Assembly: GCF_009834535.1 (NCBI RefSeq)
Contig: NC_045696.1
Span: 65,474,001 to 65,538,000, forward strand
Reading direction: 5' to 3'
Source of the DNA: Camelus ferus
Lineage: Eukaryota
DNA: 64,000 bases
Shown: piece after piece, positions 39,195 to 52,250 of the stretch
How the letters are laid out: each line of letters starts with the position of its first letter
Position numbering within the stretch: the first letter of the stretch is position 1
The notes under the pieces: model-generated
What the model was told of the DNA's origin: nothing
Databases searched by the model: none
What the model saw: only the letters and a program-made list of their open reading frames with translations
Translations under genes and position numbers: made by a program

Positions 39195-39502
39195 AATTTC
39201 AGGAGGGACTCAGACTCCAAATATAGCAGATAGTTGAGGATTTACAGCCAATGAGCAGAATGAAGGGGTCATGGATAAAAAATTACTAAGAATAATTTCA
39301 TTAGATATCAAGGGCAAAAGGATTATTGACAAAGGTAGGCCAAAGTGATGAGATACCAAGGATGGGGTATTTCTGATACACTGACTTATAGCAGATTCTT
39401 TGCTAAAACTGAGCTTAGGAGACCAAGTGCAGGGTTCAAGATCAAAAGGAGAGGGCTCAGAGGATCCTGACTAAAGTTCGATCAAGGAGAGAGTTTCCGT
39501 CA
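39195..39502 (-). mobile_element. MER31/MER67-like ERV1 LTR fragment
   Basis: Minus strand begins TGACggaaactctctccttgatcgaactttagtcagg, like the MER31-type 5' end. Confidence 0.75.
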
Positions 39503-40589
39503 GCCTCTTCACTTTGCATTCATCTTTTCATTCAAAAATATTTATTGAATTCTAATTATATGACAGGCACTATGTTAAGGACACTTAGATCAATTAGACA
39601 CGTTTCTCCCTGCCTTTAGAGAGCTTGGGTAATTGCTACTCCTTCTTTATGTCAAGCTCAGAGATTTACTTCTCTATGAAGATTTTTCTGACCCCACTTC
39701 AGCTGGCTCTACAGCCCTCATCACAGATTCACCTGTCAGGATACAACCTCCTGTTGAATTGTGTATGTATCCTATTAGACTGTTAGCTGTAGGGTATATG
39801 GGCTACACTAGCTTCTTTCACTCATCACCAGTAACAAGCACTAAACCTGGCCAAGTGATAACTCAGTAAATAGTTTTAAAAGTTTGCAAAATACAGACAA
39901 TAAAAGCCAGGAACAGACAAGTGATGCCAAATGCTAACGAAGAGAGATGCTGAGGATACGTTGTTTCCCAGATACAAGGACTATAGAAAAAGTCGCATGA
40001 ATGAGGAATTGAAAAGATGCTGTATCAAAATAGGAGCCCCAAGATCTTTAGGGTTACTAAAGTCTGAAGTTCTCAGAGGACCAAACAGCAAAAAGGCTGG
40101 GATTTCAGACACAATTTGTTAGAATACCGAACAAGGACTTGACCTCAAAGCAAATGACTCTTGACTCTTGATCCTTGGAGCAGCTATAATACTTTTAGCT
40201 AACAGAAGCTCCCTGAGATCAGATTAATTTGTGGTTTAATGAACTTCTTTCTCTGGACCTCACTTTACTTATTAGTAAACTGTGGGTTCAGGACCAGGGA
40301 AGGGCTAGCAGTGAAATATATGAATACATACGTATGAGCAATAATTTTAAGAGCCAATGATTCCCTGGCCTACCTGTGTGTTTTGAGGCAGCAGAGGGCT
40401 ATCAAAGGAGTTTAATTTTTTTTTTTAAACTGGTAACAAAGGGGTTGTGGTAGACAATGTGGTCTATTTATTAGGATATCATATTTTCCTTTGTATAGCC
40501 AATTTCCAGCACAACTATCATCTCCTGTTTTCTAACTGAAAATCAAATTATAAAAGAGTTTTGAATCAGGTAAGAGGGATAGTTTCTTT

Positions 40590-40830
40590 AGTGAAAACCA
40601 CATGGTTTTCAGAAGACCAACTGCCTGGGGTGGAGTCCAGCTTTGTTACCTATGTCAGCTATGTGACCAATTAAATACTTAAATTCTGCACGTTAATTTC
40701 CTCATGAGGTAAGTGGGAATGATTCTAACTTCCACATAAGGTTTTCATGAATATCACATAAACCAATACCTGTTAAGGACAAGTATTACCTGGCACACAA
40801 TAAAAGCTCCAAAAACGCTTCAATTATTAC
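40590..40830 (+). mobile_element. MIR SINE
   Basis: gaccaactgcctggg...agctatgtgacc...tttcctcat...cctggcacacaataaaagctc. Confidence 0.75.
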
Positions 40831-41630
40831 CATAGGGGAAGAATGCTAAAATCAGTTGCATAACAAGTGACAAGCACAATGCTAGGCATTTTTATATAAA
40901 TTATATAATTTGATTCCAGTTATAAGATGGTTGTAGATGAGAAGTCTAGCATTCAAGTCTTTTCTCATATCACTCTATCTGGGCATCTCAGTGATTCCAG
41001 TCATCTAAGCATGTGTGGGGCTGTACCGTGTGTGTCTCCAATTCCAAATATTACTTGAATCTTATATTAGGACTAAGGAAAACTATTGGATTTTAAAAAG
41101 ATATTAAGAAAACTCTCATGTTTTATTTTGTTTCTCTGTAGATTCAATATCATGACTGACTTTTCTGTATCTGACTAACCTAGTTGCAATGACAACTCAG
41201 TACGTATCATATTGTATGGATAGTCCAAGTACATACCTTTATTTCCCTTAGCTCTGAGAATCTAGGATATTTCAAGGTTAAATGTTTAATATGCAGACCT
41301 GTAAGAGACCACTGAACTAAGCCCACTGTCTCTTAACAACAGGCTCAACAGGCTCTCTTAACAACAGGCTCTTAATAACAGGCTCAACCCTTCATTATTC
41401 TATTTATCCCGCAACAATTCTCATTTCAAAAAATGTTCAGTTTTGTTTCTTTATCCCCCAACCAAAAGCCCTAGACAACTAGTCTTATTTGCATTAAAGA
41501 GCCACACGCAGGCTGTTCGTTTGGTAGATCTAACAATGGAACATCATGTTCACCTTGTTCTATAAACAGCTATAGAGGTCCAGGTGCCCTGCCAGGGACA
41601 GAAGAGAGAAATTCCTAAATCCCTCCAGGT

Positions 41631-42242
41631 CAGTCATTCTAACCTTGCTGCACATTAGAATCACTTGGGGAGCTTTTGAAAAATCCTCATGTCCAGACTC
41701 CTCATCCAGAGAGTCAAATTTAATTGGTCTGGCCTGCTGCCTGAGCACTGGGATTGTTTAAAACCTCCCTGAGTGATTCTAATGTCAGCAAGGGTTGAGA
41801 AACACTAACTTAAGACATAACCTAGAGTAGTGTTCCTTAATATTGGCCACCAATTAGGATGCCCTGGGAGACTTTTAAAAATCCTCTTGCCAAGGCCCTA
41901 GCCAAGATCCAATTAAGTCAGAAGCTCTGTGAGTAGGATCCAGGCACTGGTAGTTTTTAAAGCACCATAGGTGATTTTGTCGCGTTATTGCATTTGGGGC
42001 TTATTGTTCTAAAATCCTTATAATTCAGTATGTGGTCTATTTGTTACCAAAAAAAAAAAAAGGCAAAAAAGCAAAAAAAAAAAAAAAAAAAACCCAAATA
42101 AACAAACAAACCCTAGTGCCTGAAAGCTTGCTAGAACTGAAGAATTTCAGGCTTCACAGACATACCAAAACAAAATTTGTATTTTAACAAGATCCCATGT
42201 GATTAGTATGCACGTTAAAGTGTTAAAGTGTGAGCGGCTCTG
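41631..42242. mobile_element. Three adjacent MER5-type (hAT-Charlie) MITEs (~41631-41807, ~41829-41979, ~42020-42242)
   Basis: gcacattagaatcacttgggga...gtgattctaatg internal palindrome; ttttaacaagatccc...gcacgttaaag (MER5B-like). Confidence 0.8.
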
Positions 42243-44438
42243 CTCTGGATTGCTTTTCTAAAGACCTGAGGGCAGTGTTAGCTTTGCCCTGTTCTCCTAA
42301 TTCTTGTTTGACCTCTTCTCAAGTTCCATGTGAAAATGTACTACTGACTAGGGTCATTGAGGTAAACTGCTTGTCATGTATGCCTAATTGCCATACAGCA
42401 CAAAGTGGATTAATTATACCTTATTATCATCAAATAGTTTTCTACTAAACTAACTCCTGAACTTGAAATTCAGGAACCTTCATAATCTAAACTGATTTAC
42501 TCAACTTTCTCACAAACCTTCCACCATCTATTCCCACACTACCCTCTACCCAAATACAGACTGCTGTGTTCTCCAAGCATGATCCACACCTTCTAGCCTC
42601 CCACCTGTGTGTCCATCTCAACCTTATATGCTATCCTTCCATGTTCAAGTATATCCTTTACAGCTCACTTAATTCCATTGCTCCATGAAGATTTCTGATT
42701 CTGCCCCATGCCCAGGCGGTAATAATCTCTCCTAGCACAGAATATTTAGAGCATCCTACCTGTACCTCTCTTGTGGCCCATTTTATACTCTTCATGTCAA
42801 GTTACCCAGACTTTTTTATATCCTCTATTAGATGATAAGTTATGTTAGGAAAGGATCCATGCATAACGCATTTCTATAAAGTTCATATTACCTTTCTCAG
42901 AGCCATATGTACAGCAGGTAATTTTTGTCTTTTGTAATTTGTAATTACAACTTTTTAACTGCTTAACCAGTTCAAGCCAGTCTTCTGCCTTTCCTTTTGA
43001 AGTTAAAAAGTGTACAGTTCTCTGTTCATCAACTGTGCCCTGCATAGACAAACCATGGTCTTTGCAGAATGATGAATCTCTAAGGAAGATACTATACTGG
43101 ACAGTTTAGAAACTTTATTCAAGAAAACATCTTTTTTTAAGGAACTTTTCACAGGCATTGTTTGCATGACACACTATGGGAAACTTTAATAACAGTGGGT
43201 GATAAATCATCTAAGATAAATGTAGGACTATTTAGGCTCTCAAGGCTTACCTAGATATTTTGTAAACATTTCTTCTTTTCCAATGAAAACAAGAGAGTCT
43301 TGACCAAAAGAGACAGAAAACAGCAATAGCATGATTCTCAGGCAGAATAGGTAAAAATTTGGGACAAGACGTCATAATAGGAAAAAAACAAAACAAAACA
43401 AAAACAACAAAAATACTGTGTTATTGCTAGAGAAACTCCTGTATTACAAGCAGATTAACTACGAACCCTCAATATAAAGTCAGTTATGTCTGACAAATAA
43501 GAAAGTACATATTGAGTTCAAACTATCTCAGGGAAAATTTGTACTAGTGACGGTCTTGGATAGAATGTATTCTACTCTGCTCTTTGAAAAGTATGATATA
43601 AAAAAGAGGGAGCAAGTAGAAAAATATTTTTATCACCTCCAAAAATTTTAGAAGCTTCTATGATTTTGAGAAACAAAAGCAAAGCCACAGAACCAGCTGT
43701 AACAGATGGCACTAATTATTATCTTAGAATTCATTAGAAACTATGTCAAAGTTGACTGGCTATTTGCAAAGATATTTCTGATCAGTTGTTCTAAAGTACT
43801 TTCATAAATATATTGGGATATTCTACATCATTTTGTCAAAGTTGAAAACTTCAGAAGAGTAAGACAGTGATGTGGACACTATTTAATTATTATTTCCCAG
43901 TAATGACAGTTCCTTGTCAAAGCTAATGATAAAGCTTCTTTCCATTTCTTATTAGATGACTTTAGAATGGAGGGATAAATGAGTTGGAGGGGATAATAGC
44001 TTAGTTCCTATAGCTAAAGGCTAAGAAAAAGAGGTCAGATATATTTATTTTATGTCTTCCTGGTATCTATATTTATCTCTGTTGACTCTGATTCCGGACA
44101 ATTCCAATGACTACATCCTTTGTTCCTGCTTCCTACAAAAAGATAAAAAGACATTTCTGGAGTCCTTTTATTGATGATTCCAGAAATATATGGACTAAAA
44201 TGATAAGATTATTGGTATAGAAATGTTTCATACTGATCTATTTTGTGTCTTTTCAAATGGTTTTAAAATAAAGCCCCACTACCTCTGTATCATGGTTATA
44301 GTGACATTGAAAAATTTCACCTCCACACAGCTTTCCTCAGCCATAAGCTTTTATGTTTAAATTGTTTTAATCACTCATAAATATTTCTGCCAATTGAATT
44401 GCCAGAGGATTTAATGTCACTTTTGCTGTCGTTTAGGC

Positions 44439-44619
44439 CAGTGGCTCCTAAACTTAGATACGCACTGAAGTTACCTGGATGCTTATAAAAATATTGATGC
44501 CTGGCTCCCATCGTCAGAGACGCATATATAATTAGTCTTGTATGTAGCCTGGGAAATCAGTATTTTTTTTTAAATCTTCCCATGTCATTCTAAGATGCAG
44601 ATGAGGTTGAAAAATAACA
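44439..44619. mobile_element. MER5-type hAT MITE
   Basis: cagtgg TIR start; 8-bp TSD gtttaggc (44431-44438) / gtttagac (44620-44627). Confidence 0.8.
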
Positions 44620-47331
44620 GTTTAGACCAAACTTTTCAACCATGGATTTCAATATCCCTTTTAACCTTTGGTGTACTGATGGCATGAATCCTAATCTCTA
44701 CTTCACCATTTTATTTCAGATTTTTTATAGAATACTCTCAAAGTTGAGGAAATTCCTTCTGAACATCTGACTCCAAATCTGCACACAGATGACCTACTTA
44801 ACAGGGCACTGATAAATAATAGTAAATGTCCTGTAAAAACTCTCTCCAGGAAGAGAAGGAAATAGAAATAAACAGTTACCAACATTTAGAGGTGCTACTT
44901 CCACTGCCTCTTTAGCCATTTGTTACCAGTCACTGTGACTATAATCCCAAGAGTCATTTTCCCCCTCTATTAATTTCAGACCTACTACTTGTCCTACAGC
45001 ATCTGAAGACTGAATTCACATTTCCTTCTTTCTTTGCCTTTTTGCATTTCCATGGAGGTCATAATAATAAATGACTTTAAATAACTAACTTAAGACCAAT
45101 ATTGGTATGAACTTGTGAATCAAACTGTAAAACCTGTTTAGAAGTCTTATAAATAACAACTAATATATAGAAATGTAAATTAATGCCAAAATTGATTTGT
45201 TCACTATGACATTCATGTAGCCTCTCCCTCTGGACTCCATGTTCTCTCCAGTGAAACACTGTGAAACCATATTATATGCCAAATGGAAAATATCCAAGGT
45301 GGATGGCCTTATAAGAAATAGTTATATCTGCCAGGAAATAACTCTCAATTGTTGAAAAACAGCCCCAAAAGTGAGAAAATCCATTAATCATATATAGGCT
45401 CAATACCAAAATGGAAACATAATTATGAACTATAGTATTCACAGGTACCAGTTTATACTCTCCACTCCCATGCTTACTTATCCTTGCTATTAAACTGCAG
45501 AAAATGATTTTTGTGAACTGCCCTAATCCTATCTGTCATGCCCAAGTCCAGGGTCCTTTTACAGGTAACAGCAGTTACAGAAGAATTTTGAGTTTGGTAA
45601 ACTCTCCCCCAGAGGCTTGCTACTAAGTTATCAAGATAGCATGTCTCAGGAAAAAAATTGCATAAATAGAAACATTTATTAACTAAACATCTGTTATCAT
45701 CTTAGTGCAAGATAAATTGTGCAATATGTTCTGGACCTTAAGAAAGGCCAGTCTTCTTGTTCTTTCAGAGATCACAGTACCACCTTGCAAGAAAAATTCA
45801 CTGGAGATAGTCAGCATTCCAGATGCAGAATTCTGTCTTCCTTATAGTTGTTACCTTTATAAATTTTGCTGAGCAAACAGAAGTCAAGTTTACAGCTAAA
45901 TATAGGTCTTTGAGGATTTCGCTGATGGGCAGAGGCCTTGTGGATACTTCGATGCTGTTCACGCAAGTATATGAAGCATCTCAAATATTTTTGACAATCT
46001 ACCTCTTTTAGAAAGCTTTAATTTTACCAGTAAAGTACCATTTCTAGGATTCATCTATTCATTGTACTAACAGGATACCAAGTTCACCACTAAATAGCCA
46101 TTTCTGGCACTCAGGATGAAAACTAGCAAAGCTTTGATTATAGCTGCAGAAACACAGATGTCACAGCTGTCTCTGTAGGCTTACTGAGTAGAAGTTTACT
46201 GAGGTCCAGAATGTGTGTGTCCCCAAGTAGAATTGCACATGCACCTGGGATTTGCTTAACAACAATTATATTTGTTTATATATATAATTCATATGTATAT
46301 ACGTACATATATACATAATATATGTTGCTTATATATGTATAGATACATTATATATATGCTGTTCATATATATATATATATAAAATCATATTGTCTACACT
46401 GAAGATAAAAATAACTTAGTCATTATATCAATGCTATTTCTGTTCTGCAAGTTGTTTCCTTCTTGCTTTATCAGAATTTTTTTACCTACTCTGCCTCCCT
46501 GACTGAATTAAAAGCTTCTTGAGGACAGAAATACATTATTTTTGACCTCTCAACATTTAGCATGATACTTCACTAATATACCTAATACTTATTTTGAACA
46601 ATAAACTATTTTCTAGAAATTCTTATTCTATCTATGTTTAACATTTTGGCTTTCAACTTCTTTGAAATTCATCTTTGAAACTGTCTCAATACTTTTATCT
46701 TAAAAAAAAGGGAGAATCTAGGCAGAATTGGTCATTAAGTGCTTAGTGGTCATTATACTTCTGAAATTAAATGATCACTTTCTGTCATCTTTTTAAGAAA
46801 AAAGACTGCAAGTGACCTTGCATGGCTCAACAACCCGGTACAGAACACACTTTCCAAACCAAAACCATCCACTTGCCATCACTAAGAAACAGCCCCATGG
46901 TAATCTCACATTCCAGACACTTATTTTGTGAGAGAGAAGATAAATTGGAAAGATGCAATCTTCATTACTCATCTACCTTGCCGGGGTTTCCATCTTATTT
47001 GCTCCCATTTCTTCCTCATGGGCATCTTGGAAGATAGATGTGAGATGGTTTGCTAGATTCATTTTGAGAAATCACTGATTGGGAGATTAAAACTGACATT
47101 AATTTTTTTCTTCTATAAAGGGGGAATCCTGAGATACCTAATTTTAAAAGCAAATAACACTTAAAAGTCCTTGAAAATTTGTGAAGCTAATTATATTCCC
47201 TACAGTTTTACTCATAATCTGAACTGGGTAGATTTGTCTCTCAGTAGATAGCCTGTTCCTCAGAAACAATATAGATGGACACAGAGTGCAGATCATCTAA
47301 TTCCTCTGCATGATTATCAGAGTTTCTCCCT

Positions 47332-47351
47332 GGGCGGGGTTGTTAGGCAAC
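47332..47351. promoter_or_regulatory. GC box abutting an RFX X-box-like site
   Basis: GGGCGGGG then GTTGTTAGGCAAC (one mismatch from GTTGCTAGGCAAC); several CpGs within the next 130 bp. Confidence 0.45.
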
Positions 47352-50300
47352 AGAAAGGACTGGTTTTCTGATGTCGCAGCTTCTGCAGTATCGATACACT
47401 GACTATTAGAGCAATTTTTTCAGAGTCGAATTTCAAAGTCACCTTCTCAGGGGATGTACAATGTTCAGTCGTACCTGAAGAGGAGTGCACCCAAAACAGT
47501 AAAAGACATCATTTTCTGGTTCAGTTCTTCTATTGGTCTATGTCTCCAACCCCTGGGGATTAAGGTTACCAGATCTGTGCTTGAAAGAAGAAAGAGCAAG
47601 AGTCTCCATTGTGATTGAGTAAACTTAAGGGCTAGAGAAGTCAAAAAAAATGATGAAACCTGTCCAATTTGTGAACTTCTCAATTTTTCTGGAGTTTTGA
47701 AACATTCCTCTGAACTAGATAGAAAGACTTCACCTCAGTTATGTATAAGGAAAACAACATATGACTGGATATGAGTCTCTGGTGAATTATCTCACTGTCT
47801 GAATTACCTTCCTGGACAATCTTCCATATATTGACTTTTGAGTACTATAAAATAAAGAGTATTGTGTAAGAGACTATATGAGAAAAATTGATAAAATAGG
47901 TCCTTCTGATAGGGAGAATGAACATAAAGAAGAATGGACTGATTTAAGCAAATTGTAATGACATATGGAAAACACAAGATTTTAAATATGTATTTTTTTA
48001 AAGTTCAGAATTAACCCAAGTGTGTTAACTATATAGAAGACATTCTCAACTATGATTATAAGAATTGGAAGGAAAGAGATGTCATTGGATAATCAAAGTA
48101 ATTATTAGAAAGCTCTAAAAGAATAATAGAAGTGAGGAACTGAGAATCATCACTTGAGTTAAATAAACAAAAAGCTGACCTCTGAAAAACCAACCATTAA
48201 AGCTGCTTTCAACTAGTGAGTCATGGCACATGTTCTTGATTTTTGATCAGTTGTGAAGTATATTATAGATAATTTACTAGCGCAATAACAGTTAAAGAAT
48301 GAGTCTTGTTTAATGGTGTGCCTATTTTTATATAAATTGGAACAGAAATAAAGCTTTCCTTTTAATAACTACAGTAATACTATCTTGCTTTTCTGTTTGC
48401 TATCCAGTGTAGGAGACAAAGTTAGAGTTACTTCCTCGGAGTTCTACAGCCTCATCTATCAGATGTACCAGAGAAAACCCAGGAAGCAACCAAGCCAATG
48501 AACCAACAGCAAAGATCAAGAACTCCTCCATGATCAGTACTCACTGAGACAGAGAGATTAGGCATAGGAGTAGACGGTAATTAACAAGGACTCTATATAA
48601 CATGTGCTTATAGTTCTCACAGTTCAGGAATGTTCTCCTACAGAAACCATATTAGTGTTGTCTCTTTACTTCTCTGACAGTATGGTGCAGAAAAAAAATA
48701 GAGTTACTCCCAAGAAGCTGAAATTTAAAGAGATGAGGAAAGTATTTTTAGCTACAGTTTATTGAGCATTTACTCTTTTTCAGGACTATGCTAAGCATAA
48801 TATGTATACTGTCTCATGTAATCTTCATGAAAACATATGAGTTGAATATGATATCTTTATTTTATTCATGAGAAATATTCAGATTTGAGGAATTTAAGAA
48901 AGCTTACTTGATTTCACACAAATACGGATCAGAGAACTGGAAATCTATAATCTATAACCAAAATTGATGCTTTCCATATCACCTCATACAACAATAATGG
49001 AAGCTAGAACATAGTAGGTGCCATAAGGAAATGGTAAATTAAGAACTGTTGGATTGAGAGAAGAGACACCTCTCTGAAATGGAGTTATAGAAGTCTTTTT
49101 AAAAAAGTTAGTATATAAGGATATGAACCAAACTAGCATAACAGCATCATAGAGTCCCTGTGTCTTAGAGGGTTTTGTTCAATCCCCTCAGCCTCTCTCA
49201 TCCCAGCCAAATTACCAAATGAATTATGAGTTTGGCACTGTCTTCCAGACTTACACACATTTATTGAGAAGATAAGAATTTAATGTGGGAATTACCATTC
49301 TCTCATTTTCTCCAAGAACTGCAAAAATCTGCAGATTCTATCTAAAACTTGGGAAATAATTTATAATGCATTATTTTCCTACTCTTGGGCTTGAGGGAAC
49401 ACTGTATTTGCATTATTGATTGAAATGTAATTTAAACTGCCTTTGTGCTAAAGTGGCTTGTGAGGTGAGAATCATTTTTTAAGACTGTCTTGAAAAAACA
49501 TAACTTCCAAGTCTCATTAGCATCACCAAATAACAAGACAGTTCATGTGTTCTCTGCCCATCCTCAGGCCATGCTCTAGTTTTCTGTGGGTTTTCTGTGG
49601 GATGGGGCAGATAGAGCTCCCAAATCCATATGCTTCATTGAAGCACATCAGGCTAGCTTCAGACCCACCCCATGAATCTCAGAGATTCTTGAGTCTGGGG
49701 CAATTCTAAAACTCGTATGTTTTTAATAGCTTTCTTTTACACAGAGATTACCACCTATTTATTAATCAAAGTAAAATCTAATCCTGTTTTCCTTATATTC
49801 TCAGTTGCCAGAAGGGCAAATCTAAATATATGTATCACATAAACTAATAGTTATATAAATAAAGAAAAAACAATCACAATTTTATTCCCTCAATTAAAAA
49901 ATTCCTCATTTCCTTTTTCCTTGGTGTTCTATATCTTATCCTAACAAAGACAATTTTAACTTAGCTATCTTTAGAATAGAAATACTATTTTATAATGTTC
50001 TTTGTCAATCATAGCAGAAGCATTTTCCATGTTGCTCCAGTCTTCATAATTAGCAAATTAATGACTAAGAAATCATTATTTATTAATATTATTTATTATT
50101 ACATGCAAAGATCATTTTAAAATCTTAGTCAAAGTAAAATATAATATTTAATTTTAAAACCATCATATCCTAGGTTTGGGGTGTATTTATTATTCACTTT
50201 ATTTCCCTGCATGACTTCTAAAACTTATACTGATATCTACACCTACTTCCTAGTAGTATGTGTTATTTTAAGTATTCTCAAATTATTCCATAAAGTAGTA

Positions 50301-50799
50301 GAGATGTAGATAATTAAATGAGATAAACAAGCAAATGAACATATCCTAAAGATCACATGCTTGGATATTGTTCTAGATGAAGGACCAGGAAGGGCACAGG
50401 CAGAGATGGAGAGAGATGGAGAACGGATCTCTTGTTTTTTTCATTCTGTGGCCTTTATCTCACTGGGGGTGCACCTCACGTTCTCCCTTACTCTCATTTG
50501 ATTCTGGTGAGTGTGCTTTGCTGGCAAAATGTAATACAAAGGATAATAGCTTTTGAAAGAGTTACTTTTCTAACTTCCAATACCGTATTTTGTGGGGAAA
50601 CACTTTTAAGAGGACTCTCTTCAACCACTGAAATTTGGCTGAAACTTTGTCCTTATTACCTGGCAGGCAAACTGGAGTGGATCAGAAAGGTTTTTATAGT
50701 CAGCAGGTCTTCTGGGCATTTCTCAAGCCATAATTCTCAGGTCTACTCTGCTCCGGTCCCACCATATTTTGGGTCTACCTCCACCACAAGAAGTGCATA

Positions 50800-51600
50800 T
50801 TGATTCTATTTAGTTCTAGAATTTCCACCAGTTCTTTTTTATAGCTTTTATTACTCCACTGAGATATCCTATCTTTTCACTCATTATAAGTATATTTCCC
50901 ATATCTCATTAAGAATAGTTTATTAATCACCTGAAGTGATTATCCACTTGTTCTAACATTTGGGCCATCTCAGATTTGGCCTCCATTGACTGCTTTTTTT
51001 GGTGTGTGTTTTTTTTTTTCTGTTGCTGTTTTTCAGAATAGGCCACATTTATTCCTCCCAAGAACGATGATATTTTGTTGAATAGGCAATTATTTGGTTG
51101 TACATAAACTGTAACCTTTGTCTCCTAGGCAATAGGTCAAATCTCAGCCCAATTTTTTTGGTTGTTGTTTTTGCTTTGTTATATCCTGCCTTTTAAAGGG
51201 TTACTTAGAGTCTGCCCACACATGCCTGGTTCAGGGGTCAGCCAGAGATTTGAGCAAAGTTTATATACAGATTTGGGGTCCTCCTCTCTGGTTCTCTGTG
51301 TTCTAGGGTTCTATACACTTACTATTCAGAAGCAGTAATTACTCTGAACTCTGTCCTCTGATTCTGCACATCAGAAAGTCTGCAGATTATTGGTCTTTTA
51401 TTCCCTATGCATGATACTAAGTGTTCCCTGCCCTCTGACTGAAATAGCAGGAAACAAACTATGTACACACCTCTTCTTCCAAGTTTGGATTCTCATCATG
51501 TCTTCTCCAGATCCTTTAGGTAGTTACTTTTTTGTATTTTTTCCAGTTTATAATTGTTATCTATGGGAAAGTAAGTCTGTTATGAGCTTACTCGACCATC
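50800..51600 (-). mobile_element. Old L1M ORF1/5' region fragment
   Basis: agttctagaatttcca...ttcttttttatag and caggggtcagccagagatttg resemble antisense L1M 5'/ORF1. Confidence 0.6.
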
Positions 51601-52024
51601 ACAGAAGCACAGTCTTGACTAATAAATCTTTAAAACCAACAGCAGGAGCAAATTAGAATACCCAGAAAGTGTCATAACTAAACCAATCAAATGAAGATTC
51701 CTGGACTTATGCCCAACTTGGGCTTGTAGAGGCTCATTATAAACAAAGAGCAAATTCCTGAAGAGCAGCTTTAGGATCTTTCAGGAGTCAGCCACCCACA
51801 GCCTGATCATGCCAATGGTTCTTCCAGAACAAGGCTATTTACTCATATAAATCTGGACTTCGGCAATGGCTTTCTAGATCACTTCTTCTCTTACAGCTTC
51901 TCTCTTCTTCTAATTTTGTCTGAATATTAGTTTTGAGCATCTTGCTCCTCAAAAATTTTAACAGCCCATTGTCTAATTAATTCCAAATTTCTAACTTTTC
52001 CGCAACTTTCCCTTTATAAGCGGT

Positions 52025-52250
52025 AAATAGAAAGCACTGAATATAGACTGTGAAAATCACTTTATGCTTAGTAGTTGTGTAACTTTGGACAAGTTTCTTA
52101 ACCTCTTTGTATCTCAGTTCCCAAGGAGTAAAATGGGGTTATTACAGTACTTCTTCATAGCATTGTTTTACAGATTAAATGAGGGAACACAAAGGCATCT
52201 TAGAACTGTGGGGCACATCATGGCCCAGTGAGTGTTAGCTACTATTATCA
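52025..52250 (+). mobile_element. MIR SINE
   Basis: tgtgtaactttggacaagtttcttaacctctttgtatctcagtt...gtaaaatggggtt core. Confidence 0.85.

Noticed and set aside
38610..39237. Adjacent 130-aa and 77-aa ORFs
   Set aside because: Overlap antisense L2-like sequence; no recognisable domain or splice structure
40388..40399. CTCF-like gcagcagagggc
   Set aside because: Mismatches at both ends of the core; such partial matches are expected by chance in 64 kb
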